Assembly: GCA_965222615.1 (NCBI GenBank) | Contig: CBDCUI010000009.1 | Span: 736,001 to 800,000, forward strand | Direction: 5' to 3' | Source of the DNA: Gammaproteobacteria bacterium | Lineage (GTDB): Bacteria > Pseudomonadota > Gammaproteobacteria > UBA4575 | Length of the DNA stretch: 64,000 bases | Shown here: positions 11,451 to 24,065 of the stretch, one piece after another | Layout: each line of letters opens with the position of its first letter | How positions within the stretch are numbered: the first letter of the stretch is position 1 | The notes under the pieces: generated by a model | The model's database searches: none | Seen by the model: the letters and a program-made list of their open reading frames with translations, nothing else | What the model was told of the DNA's origin: nothing | Position numbers and translations under genes: made by a program

Positions 11451-12059
11451 CTATATCTTTATTTTAGTCGCTAGGGCATATACCTCTCGACTACGTGATC
11501 TTGAAGCGCCTGGCTTACGAATCAATACCTTACAAAACTTATTTCGCAACATTTTTACATAACCCTCAAAACCAACCCCATGAAACAGTTTTACCAGCAG
11601 ACTACCGTTTGAATTCAACACCTCAATACTAAAATCAGCGGCTAATTCTGCAAGATATATGGCTTTTGGCTGATCAACACTATCTATACCACTTATATTG
11701 GGGGCCATATCGCATAAAACAAGGTCTACTGATTTTTGACCAATTAATTTTCGTAACGATGCATAGGTTTCATCTTGGGTAAAATCGCCCTGTATAAATG
11801 AGACATTGGGAATGGCTTGCATGTCCAGTACGTCCATCGCGATTACTTTGCCTTGATTACCAATACGTTTCGCAGCATATTGACTCCAACTCCCTGGGGC
11901 TGCACCAAGGTCGACAATCGTCATTCCCTTTTGGATGAGATTATATTTTTCATCTAACTCTTGTAGTTTAAAAACCGCGCGCGATCGCCATCCTTCTTGA
12001 TGCGCACGTTGCACATAAGGATCCTTAGCGTGCTCTTTATTCCAAGTTTTACTGCGCAT
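11451..12059 (-). CDS. rlmE: 23S rRNA Um2552 methyltransferase
   Basis: RSRAVFKL, DLGAAPGSWSQ, SRSREVY; start MRSKTW at 12059. Confidence 0.96.
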   Translation of the reverse strand: MRSKTWNKEHAKDPYVQRAHQEGWRSRAVFKLQELDEKYNLIQKGMTIVDLGAAPGSWSQYAAKRIGNQGKVIAMDVLDMQAIPNVSFIQGDFTQDETYASLRKLIGQKSVDLVLCDMAPNISGIDSVDQPKAIYLAELAADFSIEVLNSNGSLLVKLFHGVGFEGYVKMLRNKFCKVLIRKPGASRSRSREVYALATKIKI

Positions 12060-12098
12060 GAAACATGCTTTAAAAATTTTAACCGGCAAAAAGCTTAA

Positions 12099-12218
12099 GG
12101 GTTTTTGATTTGCGCTGAGACGAGGCAAAAAATATCGAAATGAGTGAAGTGTATTTAACTATACATGAGCGAAATTGAGATTATTTTTTAACAAAGTATC
12201 AGAGCAAATCAGAAAGCC
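12099..12218 (+). repeat. MITE/RPE-like element, diverged short form
   Basis: IR ...TTTGATTTGC/GCAAATCAGAAAGCC; core GAAGTGTAT...ATACATGAG. Confidence 0.75.
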
Positions 12219-12221
12219 AAT

Positions 12222-12704
12222 CTATTCGGTTCCGTAACGAACTTCAACAACTTCGTAATCTTTCTGTCCAGCCGGCGCATCGACCGTTACAATATCGCCT
12301 TCTTCTTTACCAATCATGGCACGTGCAATAGGGGAACTTACTGAGATCATACCTTCTTTAATATCGGCTTCATCTTCACCAACTATAGTATAAGTAGATT
12401 CTTCACCACTTTGTTCGTCTGCTAACACGACAGTGGTCCCAAAAACAACGCGACCATTGGGATTAAGCTTAGTGACATCTATTATTTCTGCATTAGAAAG
12501 TTTGCTTTCAATTTCTTTTATACGCCCTTCAGTAAATGATTGTTGTTCTCTTGCAGCGTGATATTCCGCATTCTCTTTTAGATCACCATGCGCACGAGCC
12601 GTTGCAATGGCCTCAATTATTTGAGGACGCCTTACGCTTTTAAGTTCTTCTAACTCTTCGCGCAATTTGTCTGCACCGCGCACGGTAAGTGGAACTCTAT
12701 TCAT
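12222..12704 (-). CDS. greA: Transcription elongation factor GreA
   Basis: [21 protein letters not shown]. Confidence 0.97.
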   Translation of the reverse strand: MNRVPLTVRGADKLREELEELKSVRRPQIIEAIATARAHGDLKENAEYHAAREQQSFTEGRIKEIESKLSNAEIIDVTKLNPNGRVVFGTTVVLADEQSGEESTYTIVGEDEADIKEGMISVSSPIARAMIGKEEGDIVTVDAPAGQKDYEVVEVRYGTE

Positions 12705-12739
12705 AATTTTTTAATTTCACTGTTATTTTGAGGCCAAGA

Positions 12740-15700
12740 CTAGTGTAGATTTTCAGCATGTAAATCTTGTAGACGATAGACCTTATACTGGTCACGAATC
12801 TGCATAGCCTCTTTTAATGCCCATGCCCCCGCTATCGTTGTGGTATAACACACCTTGTGCTGCAACGCCTCACGTCTAATTGTAAACGAATCTGCAATCG
12901 CTTGTTTGCCTTCTGTTGTATTTACAATTAAGTCAATTTTACCATCGATAATCATATCGACGATATGTGGCCTGCCTTCTCTGACCTTATTCACTGCTCG
13001 ACAGTTCAGTCCCTTATCATTTAAGGCTTTAGCTGTGCCTTTGGTAGCCACTAAATCGAAACCTAATTGTTGTAACTCACGAGCTATTTCAAATGTTTGC
13101 TTTTTATCTGCATCACGCACACTCAACAATGCTCTGCCTGATTCTGGCAAAAGTGTGCCTGCGGCAAATTGTGCTTTACCAAAGGCCTCGCCAAAGGTCT
13201 CGCCTATTCCCATCACTTCTCCAGTTGATTTCATCTCGGGACCTAATATTGGGTCAACACCACTAAATTTAATAAATGGAAATACTGCCTCTTTAACAGA
13301 AAAATATTTTGGAATATTTACAACTAAAGCGTTTTGCTCACGCAAAGAAGTTCCTACCATGCAACGTGCAGCAATTTTAGCTAGTGGAAAACCTATTGCC
13401 TTTGAAACGAATGGAACTGTACGTGAAGCACGTGGATTCACTTCAATTAAATATACTTTTTCATTTTTAATTGCAAATTGAATATTCATTAAACCTACAA
13501 CTTTCAACGCTAAAGCGAGTTTACAAGCTTGATCCCGCATTTCCTTCTGCACTTTTTCACTCATATTATAGGGTGGTAATGAACATGCACTATCACCGGA
13601 ATGAATCCCCGCTTGTTCAATATGTTGCATAATCCCGCCTATCAGCACATCTTTACCATCACAAATTGCATCCAAGTCCACTTCTACGGCATCTGCCAAA
13701 AAGTGATCGATCAATACCGGTGCATCGTTAGAGACTTTAACTGCTTCACGCATATAACGTTCTAGGTCAGCTTGGTTATAAACAATTTCCATGGCACGCC
13801 CACCTAACACATAGGACGGTCGTACTACGACCGGATAACCAATTTCGTTTGCTGCAGTAATCGCTTCTTGAGTACTACTTGCTGTCGCATTGGGGGGTTG
13901 CAATAAATCTAATTCGTTCACGAGTTTCAAGAAACGTTCGCGATCTTCGGCAAGGTCGATCGAATCAGGTGAAGTACCTATGATCGGAACACCAGCTGCC
14001 TCTAGATCACGGGCAAGCTTTAATGGTGTCTGCCCACCGAATTGCACAATGACACCATGTGGTTTTTCAATACGTACAATCTCTAATACGTCTTCTAACG
14101 TTAAAGGTTCAAAATACAATCGGTCTGAAGTGTCATAGTCTGTTGATACGGTTTCAGGATTACAATTCACCATGATCGTTTCGTAACCATCATCTCGTAA
14201 TGCAAACGCAGCGTGCACGCAACAATAGTCAAATTCGATACCCTGACCAATACGATTGGGCCCTCCACCAAGCACAATTATTTTTTTATTCTCAGTGGGC
14301 CGCGCTTCACATTCTTCATCGTAACTCGAATACATGTATGCAGTGCTAGTGGCAAACTCTGCTGCACATGTATCTACACGTTTAAAGATTGGATGCACAT
14401 TTAGTGTATGCCTGGCCTGACGTACTTCTTGTTCATTACATTGCAACAACTTTGCTAATCTGCGATCAGAAAAGCCTCTACGTTTCAAATCACGTAAAGA
14501 AGATGCATCCAAATCATTTAATTGTTTGCCAGAAAGTTCTTTTTCTACACTAATAAGCATCTCGATCTGCGCAAGAAACCACGGATCAATTGCTGACAAG
14601 TTAAATAATTCATCTAATTCGTAACCCATTCGAAACGCATCCGCCACAAACCAAATTCGATGCGGACCAGGGTCCTGCAATTCTGATTCTAACAATGCGC
14701 GATGTTCATCATCGTAATTTGCAACTATAGGATCTAAACCATCCACTCCAATCTCAAGACCTCGCAAAGCCTTTTGTAAGGATTCTTGAAAAGTTCGCCC
14801 AATTGCCATCACTTCGCCAACCGATTTCATTTGTGTGCTGAGTTTGGCTTTAGCTTGAGGAAATTTTTCAAAGGTAAAACGTGGAATTTTAGTTACCACA
14901 TAGTCGATGCTTGGTTCAAAAGATGCTGGCGTTGCGCCACCAGTTATTTCATTTTTCAATTCGTCCAAGGTATACCCCACAGCAAGCTTGGCAGCGACTT
15001 TCGCAATGGGAAAACCAGTGGCCTTAGAAGCAAGCGCTGAAGATCTTGAAACCCTGGGATTCATTTCAATGATAACCAATCTGCCATCTTTTGGATTTAC
15101 CGCAAATTGGACATTGGATCCACCAGTATCCACGCCGATTTTACGTAACACTTCAATCGAAGCATTACGCATAATTTGATACTCCTTATCTGTTAGCGTT
15201 TGCGCAGGTGCGACAGTAATCGAATCCCCAGTGTGCACACCCATTGGATCAAGGTTTTCGATTGAACAAATAATAATACAATTGTCATTTCGATCACGTA
15301 CTACTTCCATTTCAAATTCTTTCCAACCTAATAACGATTCCTCTAATAACACTTCTGTTGTCGGAGATAAATCTAAACCATGTTCAACAATGGTTTTAAA
15401 TTCTTCCATGTTATAAGCAATGCCTCCGCCACTGCCTCCTAAGGTAAACGACGGACGAATGATGGTTGGAAAACCAAGTCTAGGTTGTTGCTGTATGGCT
15501 TCTTCTAAACTATGTGCAAGTGCAGAACGTGCCGATTGCAGACCGATTTCATCCATGGCGTGGCGAAATTGCTCACGATCTTCTGCCATATCGATGGCTT
15601 TCTTGTTAGCCCCTATCATCTCAACTGAATATTTTTCTAATATGCCTTCACGATCTAAATCCAGCGCACAATTCAAGGCCGTTTGCCCACCCATAGTTGG

Positions 15701-15961
15701 TAATAAGACATCGGGTTTTTCTTTTTCAATTATTTCTGCAACGGTTTGCCAAATAATCGGTTCCACATAAATTGCATCGGCAACTTCAGGATCCGTCATG
15801 ATCGTAGCAGGATTAGAATTCACTAAAATTACGCGATAACCTTCTTCCTTTAGCGCTTTGCATGCTTGCACTCCGGAATAATCAAATTCACACGCCTGAC
15901 CGATAATGATGGGTCCTGCTCCAATGATTAAAATACTTTCTATGTCGGTTCGTTTTGGCAT
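12740..15961 (-). CDS. carB: Carbamoyl-phosphate synthase large subunit
   Basis: MPKRTDI...[10 protein letters not shown]; 1073 aa, duplicated ATP-grasp and MGS domain. Confidence 0.99.
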   Translation of the reverse strand: MPKRTDIESILIIGAGPIIIGQACEFDYSGVQACKALKEEGYRVILVNSNPATIMTDPEVADAIYVEPIIWQTVAEIIEKEKPDVLLPTMGGQTALNCALDLDREGILEKYSVEMIGANKKAIDMAEDREQFRHAMDEIGLQSARSALAHSLEEAIQQQPRLGFPTIIRPSFTLGGSGGGIAYNMEEFKTIVEHGLDLSPTTEVLLEESLLGWKEFEMEVVRDRNDNCIIICSIENLDPMGVHTGDSITVAPAQTLTDKEYQIMRNASIEVLRKIGVDTGGSNVQFAVNPKDGRLVIIEMNPRVSRSSALASKATGFPIAKVAAKLAVGYTLDELKNEITGGATPASFEPSIDYVVTKIPRFTFEKFPQAKAKLSTQMKSVGEVMAIGRTFQESLQKALRGLEIGVDGLDPIVANYDDEHRALLESELQDPGPHRIWFVADAFRMGYELDELFNLSAIDPWFLAQIEMLISVEKELSGKQLNDLDASSLRDLKRRGFSDRRLAKLLQCNEQEVRQARHTLNVHPIFKRVDTCAAEFATSTAYMYSSYDEECEARPTENKKIIVLGGGPNRIGQGIEFDYCCVHAAFALRDDGYETIMVNCNPETVSTDYDTSDRLYFEPLTLEDVLEIVRIEKPHGVIVQFGGQTPLKLARDLEAAGVPIIGTSPDSIDLAEDRERFLKLVNELDLLQPPNATASSTQEAITAANEIGYPVVVRPSYVLGGRAMEIVYNQADLERYMREAVKVSNDAPVLIDHFLADAVEVDLDAICDGKDVLIGGIMQHIEQAGIHSGDSACSLPPYNMSEKVQKEMRDQACKLALALKVVGLMNIQFAIKNEKVYLIEVNPRASRTVPFVSKAIGFPLAKIAARCMVGTSLREQNALVVNIPKYFSVKEAVFPFIKFSGVDPILGPEMKSTGEVMGIGETFGEAFGKAQFAAGTLLPESGRALLSVRDADKKQTFEIARELQQLGFDLVATKGTAKALNDKGLNCRAVNKVREGRPHIVDMIIDGKIDLIVNTTEGKQAIADSFTIRREALQHKVCYTTTIAGAWALKEAMQIRDQYKVYRLQDLHAENLH

Positions 15962-15971
15962 TTGCGTGTTG

Positions 15972-17105
15972 CTAAGGCTTATATTCTTCCATCATTTGAA
16001 TAAATTCTTGAAACAGTGGTCGTACATCTTGTGGTCCAGGGCTTGCTTCGGGATGGCCTTGAAAACTATAGGCGGGTTTTTGCGTATGACGTATTCCCTG
16101 CAAGGAACCATCAAACAAAGATCGATGCGTTGCCTGCAAGCTAGCTGGTAAAGTTTTTTCATACACGGCGAAACCATGATTTTGACTGCTGATCATTACC
16201 GTCCCGGTAGCTAAGTCTTGAACAGGATGATTTGCACCATGATGACCAAATTTCATTTTGATAGTTTGTGCACCACAGGCAAGTCCAAGCAATTGATGAC
16301 CAAGGCATATACCAAAGGTAGGTACACCCGCTTCAATAATTTCTTGTATGGCATTAATCGCATAGTCGCATGGTTCGGGATCGCCTGGCCCATTGGAGAG
16401 AAAAACACCATGAGGCTTTTTTGCTAGAACTTGTTTAGCAGGAGTTGTAGCCGGAATTACTTCAAGATTACAACCATAGTCGTGCAAGATGCGTAAAATA
16501 TTGCGCTTTACGCCAAAGTCATAGGCCAGAACCGAGAAACGTTTTTGCTGAGTATTGGTTTGATACCCATCGCTTAAGGACCAACAGCCTTCATTCCAAT
16601 TATAGGCCTGATCCGTAGTGACTTCTTTGGCGAGATCCATGCCCTTGAGACCAGGAAATGCCTTAGCTGCTGCCAGGGCCTTTTGCTCATCGATGTCGCC
16701 ACACATGAGCGCACCGTTTTGTGCACCCTTTTCTCGCAATATGCAAGTCAATTTTCGAGTATCGATATCGGCAATGGCTACAACTTTGTGTTGTTGTAAA
16801 TACTCTGATAATTCAAATTGATGTCGCCAATTGCTCAATTGAACTGGTAAGTCACGAATCACTAAACCCGTCGCAAAGATCTGATCAGATTCCTCATCTT
16901 CTGCGTTAGTGCCCACATTGCCAATGTGTGGGTAAGTCAGGGTAATGATTTGTTGTGCATAAGAAGGGTCGGTGAGGATTTCCTGATACCCTGTCATGGA
17001 AGTATTAAAAACGACTTCCCCTACCGACAATCCCGATATCCCAATAGACTTCCCCCAAAAAAGACTCCCGTCCTCTAAAGCCAGTAAGGCGGGTTTATCG
17101 CTCAA
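15972..17105 (-). CDS. carA: Carbamoyl-phosphate synthase small subunit
   Basis: [25 protein letters not shown]. Confidence 0.98.
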   Translation of the reverse strand: MSDKPALLALEDGSLFWGKSIGISGLSVGEVVFNTSMTGYQEILTDPSYAQQIITLTYPHIGNVGTNAEDEESDQIFATGLVIRDLPVQLSNWRHQFELSEYLQQHKVVAIADIDTRKLTCILREKGAQNGALMCGDIDEQKALAAAKAFPGLKGMDLAKEVTTDQAYNWNEGCWSLSDGYQTNTQQKRFSVLAYDFGVKRNILRILHDYGCNLEVIPATTPAKQVLAKKPHGVFLSNGPGDPEPCDYAINAIQEIIEAGVPTFGICLGHQLLGLACGAQTIKMKFGHHGANHPVQDLATGTVMISSQNHGFAVYEKTLPASLQATHRSLFDGSLQGIRHTQKPAYSFQGHPEASPGPQDVRPLFQEFIQMMEEYKP

Positions 17106-17126
17106 TCAATTTCCTCCGTGTACACG

Positions 17127-17164
17127 TAAAAACGGGACGTCCAGATAGGCCGTCCCGTTAAAAA
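17127..17164 (-). terminator. Terminator/attenuator-like hairpin just upstream of carA
   Basis: Minus strand AACGGGACG-loop-CGTCCCGTTTTT. Confidence 0.65.
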
Positions 17165-17292
17165 GTCTGTGTTATAGGTTGACCAAAAGGATTGTACTCA
17201 ACTCAAGCGAATTACGAAACCAAGAATTAGAGATATTTTGCACATCTTGTGATCAATACAGCGGGAATTCCAATCGTCATGGCAATGTTATC

Positions 17293-17692
17293 CTAGTTAC
17301 GCGTGAGGGTTCCTGTATTGACACTATTATGACCTGTTAATTTAAACATCCCTTTGGCCCTTGTGACGTTTTCTTCTTTATTAACTAAACCCTATCGCAA
17401 AGAAATTTTCTCATAATAATATTTAAGATAGCCCGAAGTATTTGGACACGGATAGGAGGTTTTACTGAAAACTTTACCACGTACTTTCTTGCCATTAACT
17501 TTCTCAAAATTCAATGTAGTAGGAGCCGTTTCATATTCATCACTCAGTATGCATGCCCAGGTTTTATTAAGAAAATATTCCTTAACAACTACATCATCAG
17601 AAAATCTACTGCTTGATCAGCTATCACAACACTAGGAAATAAAAAACAAAACATACAGCCAAAACTATGGTGCCAAAAGAAAGCAATCCCAT
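17293..17692 (-). pseudogene. Frameshifted remnant of a secreted protein gene
   Basis: Signal-peptide-like start MGLLSFGTIVLAVC, then open segments SDDVVVKEYFLNKTWACILSDEYETAPTTLNFEKVNGKKVRG and SYPCPN in shifted frames. Confidence 0.4.
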
Positions 17693-17815
17693 AACATCCC
17701 CACATCGAATCTATAACGGCGCAAATATTACACACGCTTATCTTTTTACTTTTAAAAATTAGTTGTGTAAATTTTATCTATTCTATAAGTTAACTAACTA
17801 TTACTCTTCTATCAT

Positions 17816-18175
17816 TCATTTTTGAAAAAACAAATAAGCCGCCAAGCCAACAAGAAGTAATGCAAAGATCTTTTTGAAATTGGCAGTAGATACATGCTCA
17901 AGCAAATGAGGCCCGATCTGCGCGCCAATCAAGCCCCCTATGCCGAGTGCAATTGCAATTTTATAGTCAATATTACTTAATTTTGCATGTGCGGTTATTG
18001 CTGACACTGAAATAATGAGTATGGCTAAAAAAGATGTGCCTACCGCGCGTTGTGCTGTGTAGCCCATGGCAACAAGTAAAGGTACCATCAAAAACCCGCC
18101 ACCAAGTCCTGTAAACGAGGCCGCTATGCCAATAAAAAAACCGGAAACAATATATATTGCATAGTTGAGGATCAT
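17816..18175 (-). CDS. TauE/SafE (TSUP) family membrane protein, half-size
   Basis: GLGGGFLMVPLL, AVGTS, GAQIG motifs; four TM segments. Confidence 0.85.
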   Translation of the reverse strand: MILNYAIYIVSGFFIGIAASFTGLGGGFLMVPLLVAMGYTAQRAVGTSFLAILIISVSAITAHAKLSNIDYKIAIALGIGGLIGAQIGPHLLEHVSTANFKKIFALLLVGLAAYLFFQK

Positions 18176-18385
18176 TTTTTTATTACCTCTTAGATTAATT
18201 TATAAAGAATCTCTGAATGCATCAGATGTTCTATTATCAAACATGTTATATCTGCAAAACTCTACATAGAGATTACAAAGATACAAATATATAAATAAAA
18301 CTTAAAGTAGCCACATTTCAATAAGAGTTTATTGAGCGACCATAGCAGAAATTTTTTATGTATTCTAAAGAAATGAAGTAGTTTT

Positions 18386-18907
18386 TTACGTTTGACTAAA
18401 AAATTTGTCTGACAATCTTTGATTTCTAATATCAGATAGTGACTGAATTAACTCTAAAAGATCTTTACCATGTATCATTTTTACTCTTTTTTCTACCCTA
18501 ACAGTAACATTTTCTGCAAACTCTCCTGCAGTTACAAATACTCCCAATGGTATTTGATTTTTTATGACAATTTTTGCAAATTGATTCACTTCTTCCGAAT
18601 CGACTTTAATTGCCTTAGTTTCCCAACATTTAACCACCCCGAATGGTTTAATGGCTGAATAACTTCCTTTAAAGAGCCAAATACTTATAAAATTTTTATC
18701 GTGTTGGGTGTTTATGGTAGTACGATAGCCCTTTTCTTCAAAATAACCAGCACATAGTTCTATAAATTGTTCCTGCTTAAGAGATCTAATGATGTCTAAA
18801 GACCATTTCGATCCACTCTTAGTATCACAGTCAATTGCTCGTGTAACCGAATAACCATTCGTGAAAACGAATATTTCTTGAAGCGATTTACGAAGTGATA
18901 GCGCCAT
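18386..18907 (-). CDS. Mrr-like restriction endonuclease domain protein with degenerate catalytic motif
   Basis: EQFIELCAGYFEEKGY ... GVFVTAGEF ... IHGKDLLELI resembles Mrr_cat domain. Confidence 0.65.
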   Translation of the reverse strand: MALSLRKSLQEIFVFTNGYSVTRAIDCDTKSGSKWSLDIIRSLKQEQFIELCAGYFEEKGYRTTINTQHDKNFISIWLFKGSYSAIKPFGVVKCWETKAIKVDSEEVNQFAKIVIKNQIPLGVFVTAGEFAENVTVRVEKRVKMIHGKDLLELIQSLSDIRNQRLSDKFFSQT

Positions 18908-18982
18908 AGCGCTAAAATTAGACCTAAGTTGGTCAGTACACTATCGAATAAGTACTCAGATGGGTAGAAAAACGGACTAGAA

Positions 18983-19783
<801 letters not shown>

Positions 19784-19955
19784 TTAAACTTCTTATAAAA
19801 TATTTTGCACTTTGAAATAATGGATTTTACCTCAAGACGAGATGCAATGTTTTGAAGAGCGGAGTTTACCCTTAATATAGACACAGGGTAAATGAGTAAC
19901 GGAAAAATTTTGCAACAAAGTATTGAGGTGAAAGATGCCCAAAAAAATAGACAAG

Positions 19956-21080
19956 TCAATCTGACCAAAATTTAAGGTCATCGAAAAAGCTCTTAACATT
20001 ATCTGTCCAAGAATGTGAACGCGGACTGTGACGGTTGCCACCCTTTTCAATTTCTTCAGCAAACTGTTTAATTAAATCCTTTTGTTTTTTAGTTAGATTT
20101 ATTGGAGTTTCTACAGTTGTGGTACACAACATATCACCTACAGTCCCACCTCGTACTGGCTTGACTCCTTTCCCACGCAATCTAAACAAGCGACCAGTTT
20201 GAGTTTCGGCAGGTATTTTTAATTTTACTTTGCCATTTAGCGTCGGAACTTCCAATTCTCCACCTAAGGCTGCCATATCAAAACTAACCGGTACTTCACA
20301 AAGTAAGTTGTTACCTTCTCGGCTAAATAAATCGTGTGGTCGTACACTGATTTGCACGTACAGATCCCCTGGCGGGCCATTATTGGCCCCCACTTCACCT
20401 TCACCAGCCAATCGAATTCGATCACCCGTATCTACACCAGCAGGTACCTTTACCGATATTTTTTTATTTTCACGACCGAGTCCAGTGCCATTACAATAAT
20501 CACAAGGAACCCGAATGGTTTTGCCTTTACCACGACAACTTGGACAAGTTTGTTGAATAGAAAAAAACCCTTGTTGCATGCGCACTTGACCCATCCCGCC
20601 GCATGTATTGCAGGTTTCTATACTGGAGCCAGGTGCTGCACCTGATCCATCACATTTTTTACAGACCGTTTGCTTTGGAAACTCAATGGTAGATTCAGCC
20701 CCAAAAACCGCTTCTTCGAGATCAATTTCTAAATCGTACTGAAGATCAGAACCACGATAAGCTCGCTGTGATGAACGACGACTTCCTCCAAAAATATCGC
20801 CAAAGATATCGCCGAAAATGTCACTAAAATCTGCCGTGCTTCCCGCGGCACCACCCTGGACCCCTGCATGGCCAAACTGATCGTAGGCCTGACGTTTTTG
20901 AGCATCACCTAATATTTCATAGGCTTCTTTTGCTTCTTTAAATTTTTGTTCGGCTTCTGTATCGCCTTGGTTTCGATCAGGATGATACTTCATAGCTAAA
21001 CGGCGATAGACTTTTTTTAGATCGCTGTTACTTACCGTACGATCCACACCTAAAACTTCGTAATAGTCTTTTTTTCCCAT
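19956..21080 (-). CDS. dnaJ: Chaperone DnaJ
   Basis: HPD J-domain, CxxCxGxG repeats. Confidence 0.99.
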   Translation of the reverse strand: MGKKDYYEVLGVDRTVSNSDLKKVYRRLAMKYHPDRNQGDTEAEQKFKEAKEAYEILGDAQKRQAYDQFGHAGVQGGAAGSTADFSDIFGDIFGDIFGGSRRSSQRAYRGSDLQYDLEIDLEEAVFGAESTIEFPKQTVCKKCDGSGAAPGSSIETCNTCGGMGQVRMQQGFFSIQQTCPSCRGKGKTIRVPCDYCNGTGLGRENKKISVKVPAGVDTGDRIRLAGEGEVGANNGPPGDLYVQISVRPHDLFSREGNNLLCEVPVSFDMAALGGELEVPTLNGKVKLKIPAETQTGRLFRLRGKGVKPVRGGTVGDMLCTTTVETPINLTKKQKDLIKQFAEEIEKGGNRHSPRSHSWTDNVKSFFDDLKFWSD

Positions 21081-21095
21081 ATCGCCTAAATAAAC

Positions 21096-21128
21096 AAAAG
21101 CCCGAGATTGTTTTCACAAGCTCGGACT
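21096..21128 (-). terminator. Intrinsic terminator-like hairpin between dnaK and dnaJ
   Basis: AGTCCGAG-loop-CTCGGGCTTTT on minus strand. Confidence 0.55.
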
Positions 21129-21181
21129 TAATTAATTAACCTTGTTATCTAACGTTTAATTAAGGTAATTCTAAGAAGTGC

Positions 21182-23110
21182 TTAAGATTTGTTGTCATCT
21201 ACCTCTTCAAATTCCGCATCCACAACATCATCATCTGCAGCTGCACTCCCCGCATCACCTGCTGTTGTTCCTTCTGCTGCTTCAGCAGATCCAGTTTGTG
21301 CATACATGCGCTCAGCTAATTTACCGGATGCTTGTGCAAGTGCTTGCGTTTTCGTTTCGATAATATCCTTGTCATCTTTATCTAACACTTCTTTCAAATC
21401 TTTAATTGCATTTTCGATTTGCATACGCTCTTCTTGCTCAACTTTTTCGCCCATTTCCTCTAGTGACTTCTCAGTTGCATGAATCATTTGATCGGCTTGA
21501 TTGCGTACAGTAACGAGCTCAGCAAATTTCTTATCTTCTTCTGCATGCGCTTCTGCATCCTTAACCATATTCTCGATTTCATCATCAGATAAACCACTTG
21601 AAGCTTTGATTACAATCGACTGCTCTTTACCGGTTGCCTTGTCTTTTGCAGACACATTGAGTATTCCATTTGCATCGATATCGAAGGTAACTTCAATTTG
21701 TGGCACACCGCGTGGAGCTGGTGGAATATCTGACAAATCAAATCGACCTAAGGACTTATTCGCAGAGGCTTGGTCACGTTCACCTTGTAGTACATGTACA
21801 GTAACTGCGGTTTGATTGTTCTCTGCAGTTGAAAACACTTGCTGTGCGTTGGTCGGAATCGTGGTGTTCTTTTCTATGAGTTTGGTCATCACTCCACCCA
21901 AAGTTTCGATTCCAAGTGATAATGGAGTTACATCCAACAACAACACATCTTTAACGTCACCACCCAAGACACCAGCTTGAATTGCCGCTCCGACTGCAAC
22001 GGCTTCGTCTGGATTAACATCTTTGCGTGGCTCTTTACCGAAAAAGTCTTGTACAACCTCTTGCACTTTAGGCATACGCGTTTGCCCACCCACAAGAATG
22101 ACATCATTAATATCGGAAGCCGACAAACCTGCATCTTGTAAAGCTTGCTTACATGGTGGAATGGTACGTTGTATCAACTCATCCACTAACGATTCTAATT
22201 TGGCGCGCGTAAGCTTAATGTTTAAATGCTTTGGTCCTGATTGATCGGCAGTAATATACGGAAGATTCACTTCGGTCTGTTGACCTGAAGATAGTTCTAT
22301 CTTGGCTTTTTCTGCAGCTTCTTTGAGTCGCTGTAATGCGAGTGGATCATTGTGCAAATCAAAGCCTTGATCCTTTTTAAATTCATCCGCCAAATAATCA
22401 ATTAGGCGCATATCGAAATCTTCACCACCCAAAAAGGTATCGCCATTCGTAGATAGCACCTCAAACTGATGTTCGCCATCTACTTCTGCAATTTCGATGA
22501 TGGAGATATCAAAAGTACCACCACCTAAGTCATATACGGCGATTTTGCTATCACCGCGTTTTTTATCCATACCATAAGCTAAGGCAGCCGCAGTCGGTTC
22601 GTTGATGATACGCTTGACTTCTAATCCGGCAATTTTTCCGGCGTCCTTAGTGGCTTGTCGCTGTGAGTCATTAAAATAAGCAGGTACAGTAATTACCGCC
22701 TCGGTAACTTCTTCGCCAAGGTATTCCTCTGCGGTCTTCTTCATTTTCATTAATACACGAGCAGAAACTTCTGGTGGTGCCATTTTTTTGCCACTGGCTT
22801 CCACCCATGCATCACCATTTTCAGCCTTGATGATCTTATAAGGAACAAGTTTGATATCTTTTTGCACCGCTTCTTCATCAAAGCGACGACCAATTAATCG
22901 CTTGATCGCATATAAAGTGTTATTGGGATTGGTAACAGATTGGCGTTTTGCTGCTTGGCCAACCAATACTTCACCATCATCAGTAAATGCAACAATGGAA
23001 GGAGTAGTACGATCGCCCTCACTATTTTCGATCACTTTAGGCGTAGTGCCTTCCATAACCGCCACACATGAATTTGTGGTCCCTAAATCTATGCCAATTA
23101 TTTTACTCAT
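21182..23110 (-). CDS. dnaK: Chaperone DnaK
   Basis: [32 protein letters not shown]. Confidence 0.99.
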   Translation of the reverse strand: MSKIIGIDLGTTNSCVAVMEGTTPKVIENSEGDRTTPSIVAFTDDGEVLVGQAAKRQSVTNPNNTLYAIKRLIGRRFDEEAVQKDIKLVPYKIIKAENGDAWVEASGKKMAPPEVSARVLMKMKKTAEEYLGEEVTEAVITVPAYFNDSQRQATKDAGKIAGLEVKRIINEPTAAALAYGMDKKRGDSKIAVYDLGGGTFDISIIEIAEVDGEHQFEVLSTNGDTFLGGEDFDMRLIDYLADEFKKDQGFDLHNDPLALQRLKEAAEKAKIELSSGQQTEVNLPYITADQSGPKHLNIKLTRAKLESLVDELIQRTIPPCKQALQDAGLSASDINDVILVGGQTRMPKVQEVVQDFFGKEPRKDVNPDEAVAVGAAIQAGVLGGDVKDVLLLDVTPLSLGIETLGGVMTKLIEKNTTIPTNAQQVFSTAENNQTAVTVHVLQGERDQASANKSLGRFDLSDIPPAPRGVPQIEVTFDIDANGILNVSAKDKATGKEQSIVIKASSGLSDDEIENMVKDAEAHAEEDKKFAELVTVRNQADQMIHATEKSLEEMGEKVEQEERMQIENAIKDLKEVLDKDDKDIIETKTQALAQASGKLAERMYAQTGSAEAAEGTTAGDAGSAAADDDVVDAEFEEVDDNKS

Positions 23111-23137
23111 TGCTTATCTCCAAAAAAACTCTCAAAT

Positions 23138-23272
23138 AAGGAAAGCTCTGATTTATTCTGATACTTTGTTAAGAAATGTCTCTAAATACTCATGTACGAT
23201 TGTGTACACTCCGCTTTTTCGACATTTCTTGCCTCGCCTCAGTCGCTATCGCTAACAAATCAGAGCTCCCTT
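23138..23272 (-). repeat. MITE/RPE-like element (reverse orientation) in the dnaK upstream region
   Basis: IR AGCTCTGATTT/AAATCAGAGCT; core CTCATGTAC...GTACACTCCG. Confidence 0.8.
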
Positions 23273-23304
23273 AAGCTGTTAAATTTGTATGTTTATTGTG
23301 CTAA

Positions 23305-23332
23305 ATATTGGGCCTTTTCGCCGCAATTCAAG
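23305..23332 (-). promoter_or_regulatory. Sigma-32-type promoter of dnaK
   Basis: Minus strand CTTGAA-N14-CCCAATAT. Confidence 0.7.
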
Positions 23333-23374
23333 GTTTTTAGAATAAAAAAGTACTTTTCATTACCCATTTAACCC

Positions 23375-24013
23375 TCATTCATCAGCCACTTTTTCTGAGG
23401 CCTTAGCCACAATCACCATGGCTGGACGTAATAGCCTATCATGTATGGTATAGCCCTTTTGCATCACATTAATTACTGTATTGGGTTGATGCTCCGTGCT
23501 TTCTTGTGTCGTCATTGCCTGATGAAGATTGGGATCAAATACCTCTCCAATTGGATCAATTTCGTCTATGGCAAATTTTTGCAATACACTTGTCAGCATC
23601 TTCAACGTTAACTCGGTGCCTTCTTGTAATTTAGCGGCATCCACATCTCCCGCATTAAGCCCAAGCTCTAAACTATCTTTCACCTGCAATAATTCACTAG
23701 CAAATTTTTCTATGGCGTATTTGTGCGCATTGGATAAATCACGCTCGGAGCGCTTACGCAGATTTTCCATTTCGGCCTGCATGCGTAGCATCTTGTCATG
23801 GTATTCCGTTACTTGCTGCTGTGCTTGCCCCAGCTCGGATCCCTCATCTAAATTTTGCCTTCCTGCATGATCAACTGGTGGCTCAACAGCTTCATTTACT
23901 GAATTAATGTTGTTGTTCTCGTTGTTATTCTCGTTAACGTCTTGGTCTTGGTCTTGGTCTTGATCTTTATTTTGGCCCATGTCTTGATCCATGTTGTGGG
24001 TAGGTTCAGTCAT
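23375..24013 (-). CDS. grpE: Nucleotide exchange factor GrpE
   Basis: LRMQAEMENLRKR, FDPNLHQAM, QKGY...RLLRPAMVIV. Confidence 0.97.
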   Translation of the reverse strand: MTEPTHNMDQDMGQNKDQDQDQDQDVNENNNENNNINSVNEAVEPPVDHAGRQNLDEGSELGQAQQQVTEYHDKMLRMQAEMENLRKRSERDLSNAHKYAIEKFASELLQVKDSLELGLNAGDVDAAKLQEGTELTLKMLTSVLQKFAIDEIDPIGEVFDPNLHQAMTTQESTEHQPNTVINVMQKGYTIHDRLLRPAMVIVAKASEKVADE

Positions 24014-24065
24014 ATCATTACATGCTCACTAAATAGCATAATATTTGTTCATAAAAATATATGGA

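Noticed and set aside
17816-18175. TauE gene as a truncated pseudogene
   Set aside because: It has an RBS (GAGG), a clean frame and a complete four-TM unit; half-size TSUP proteins are common
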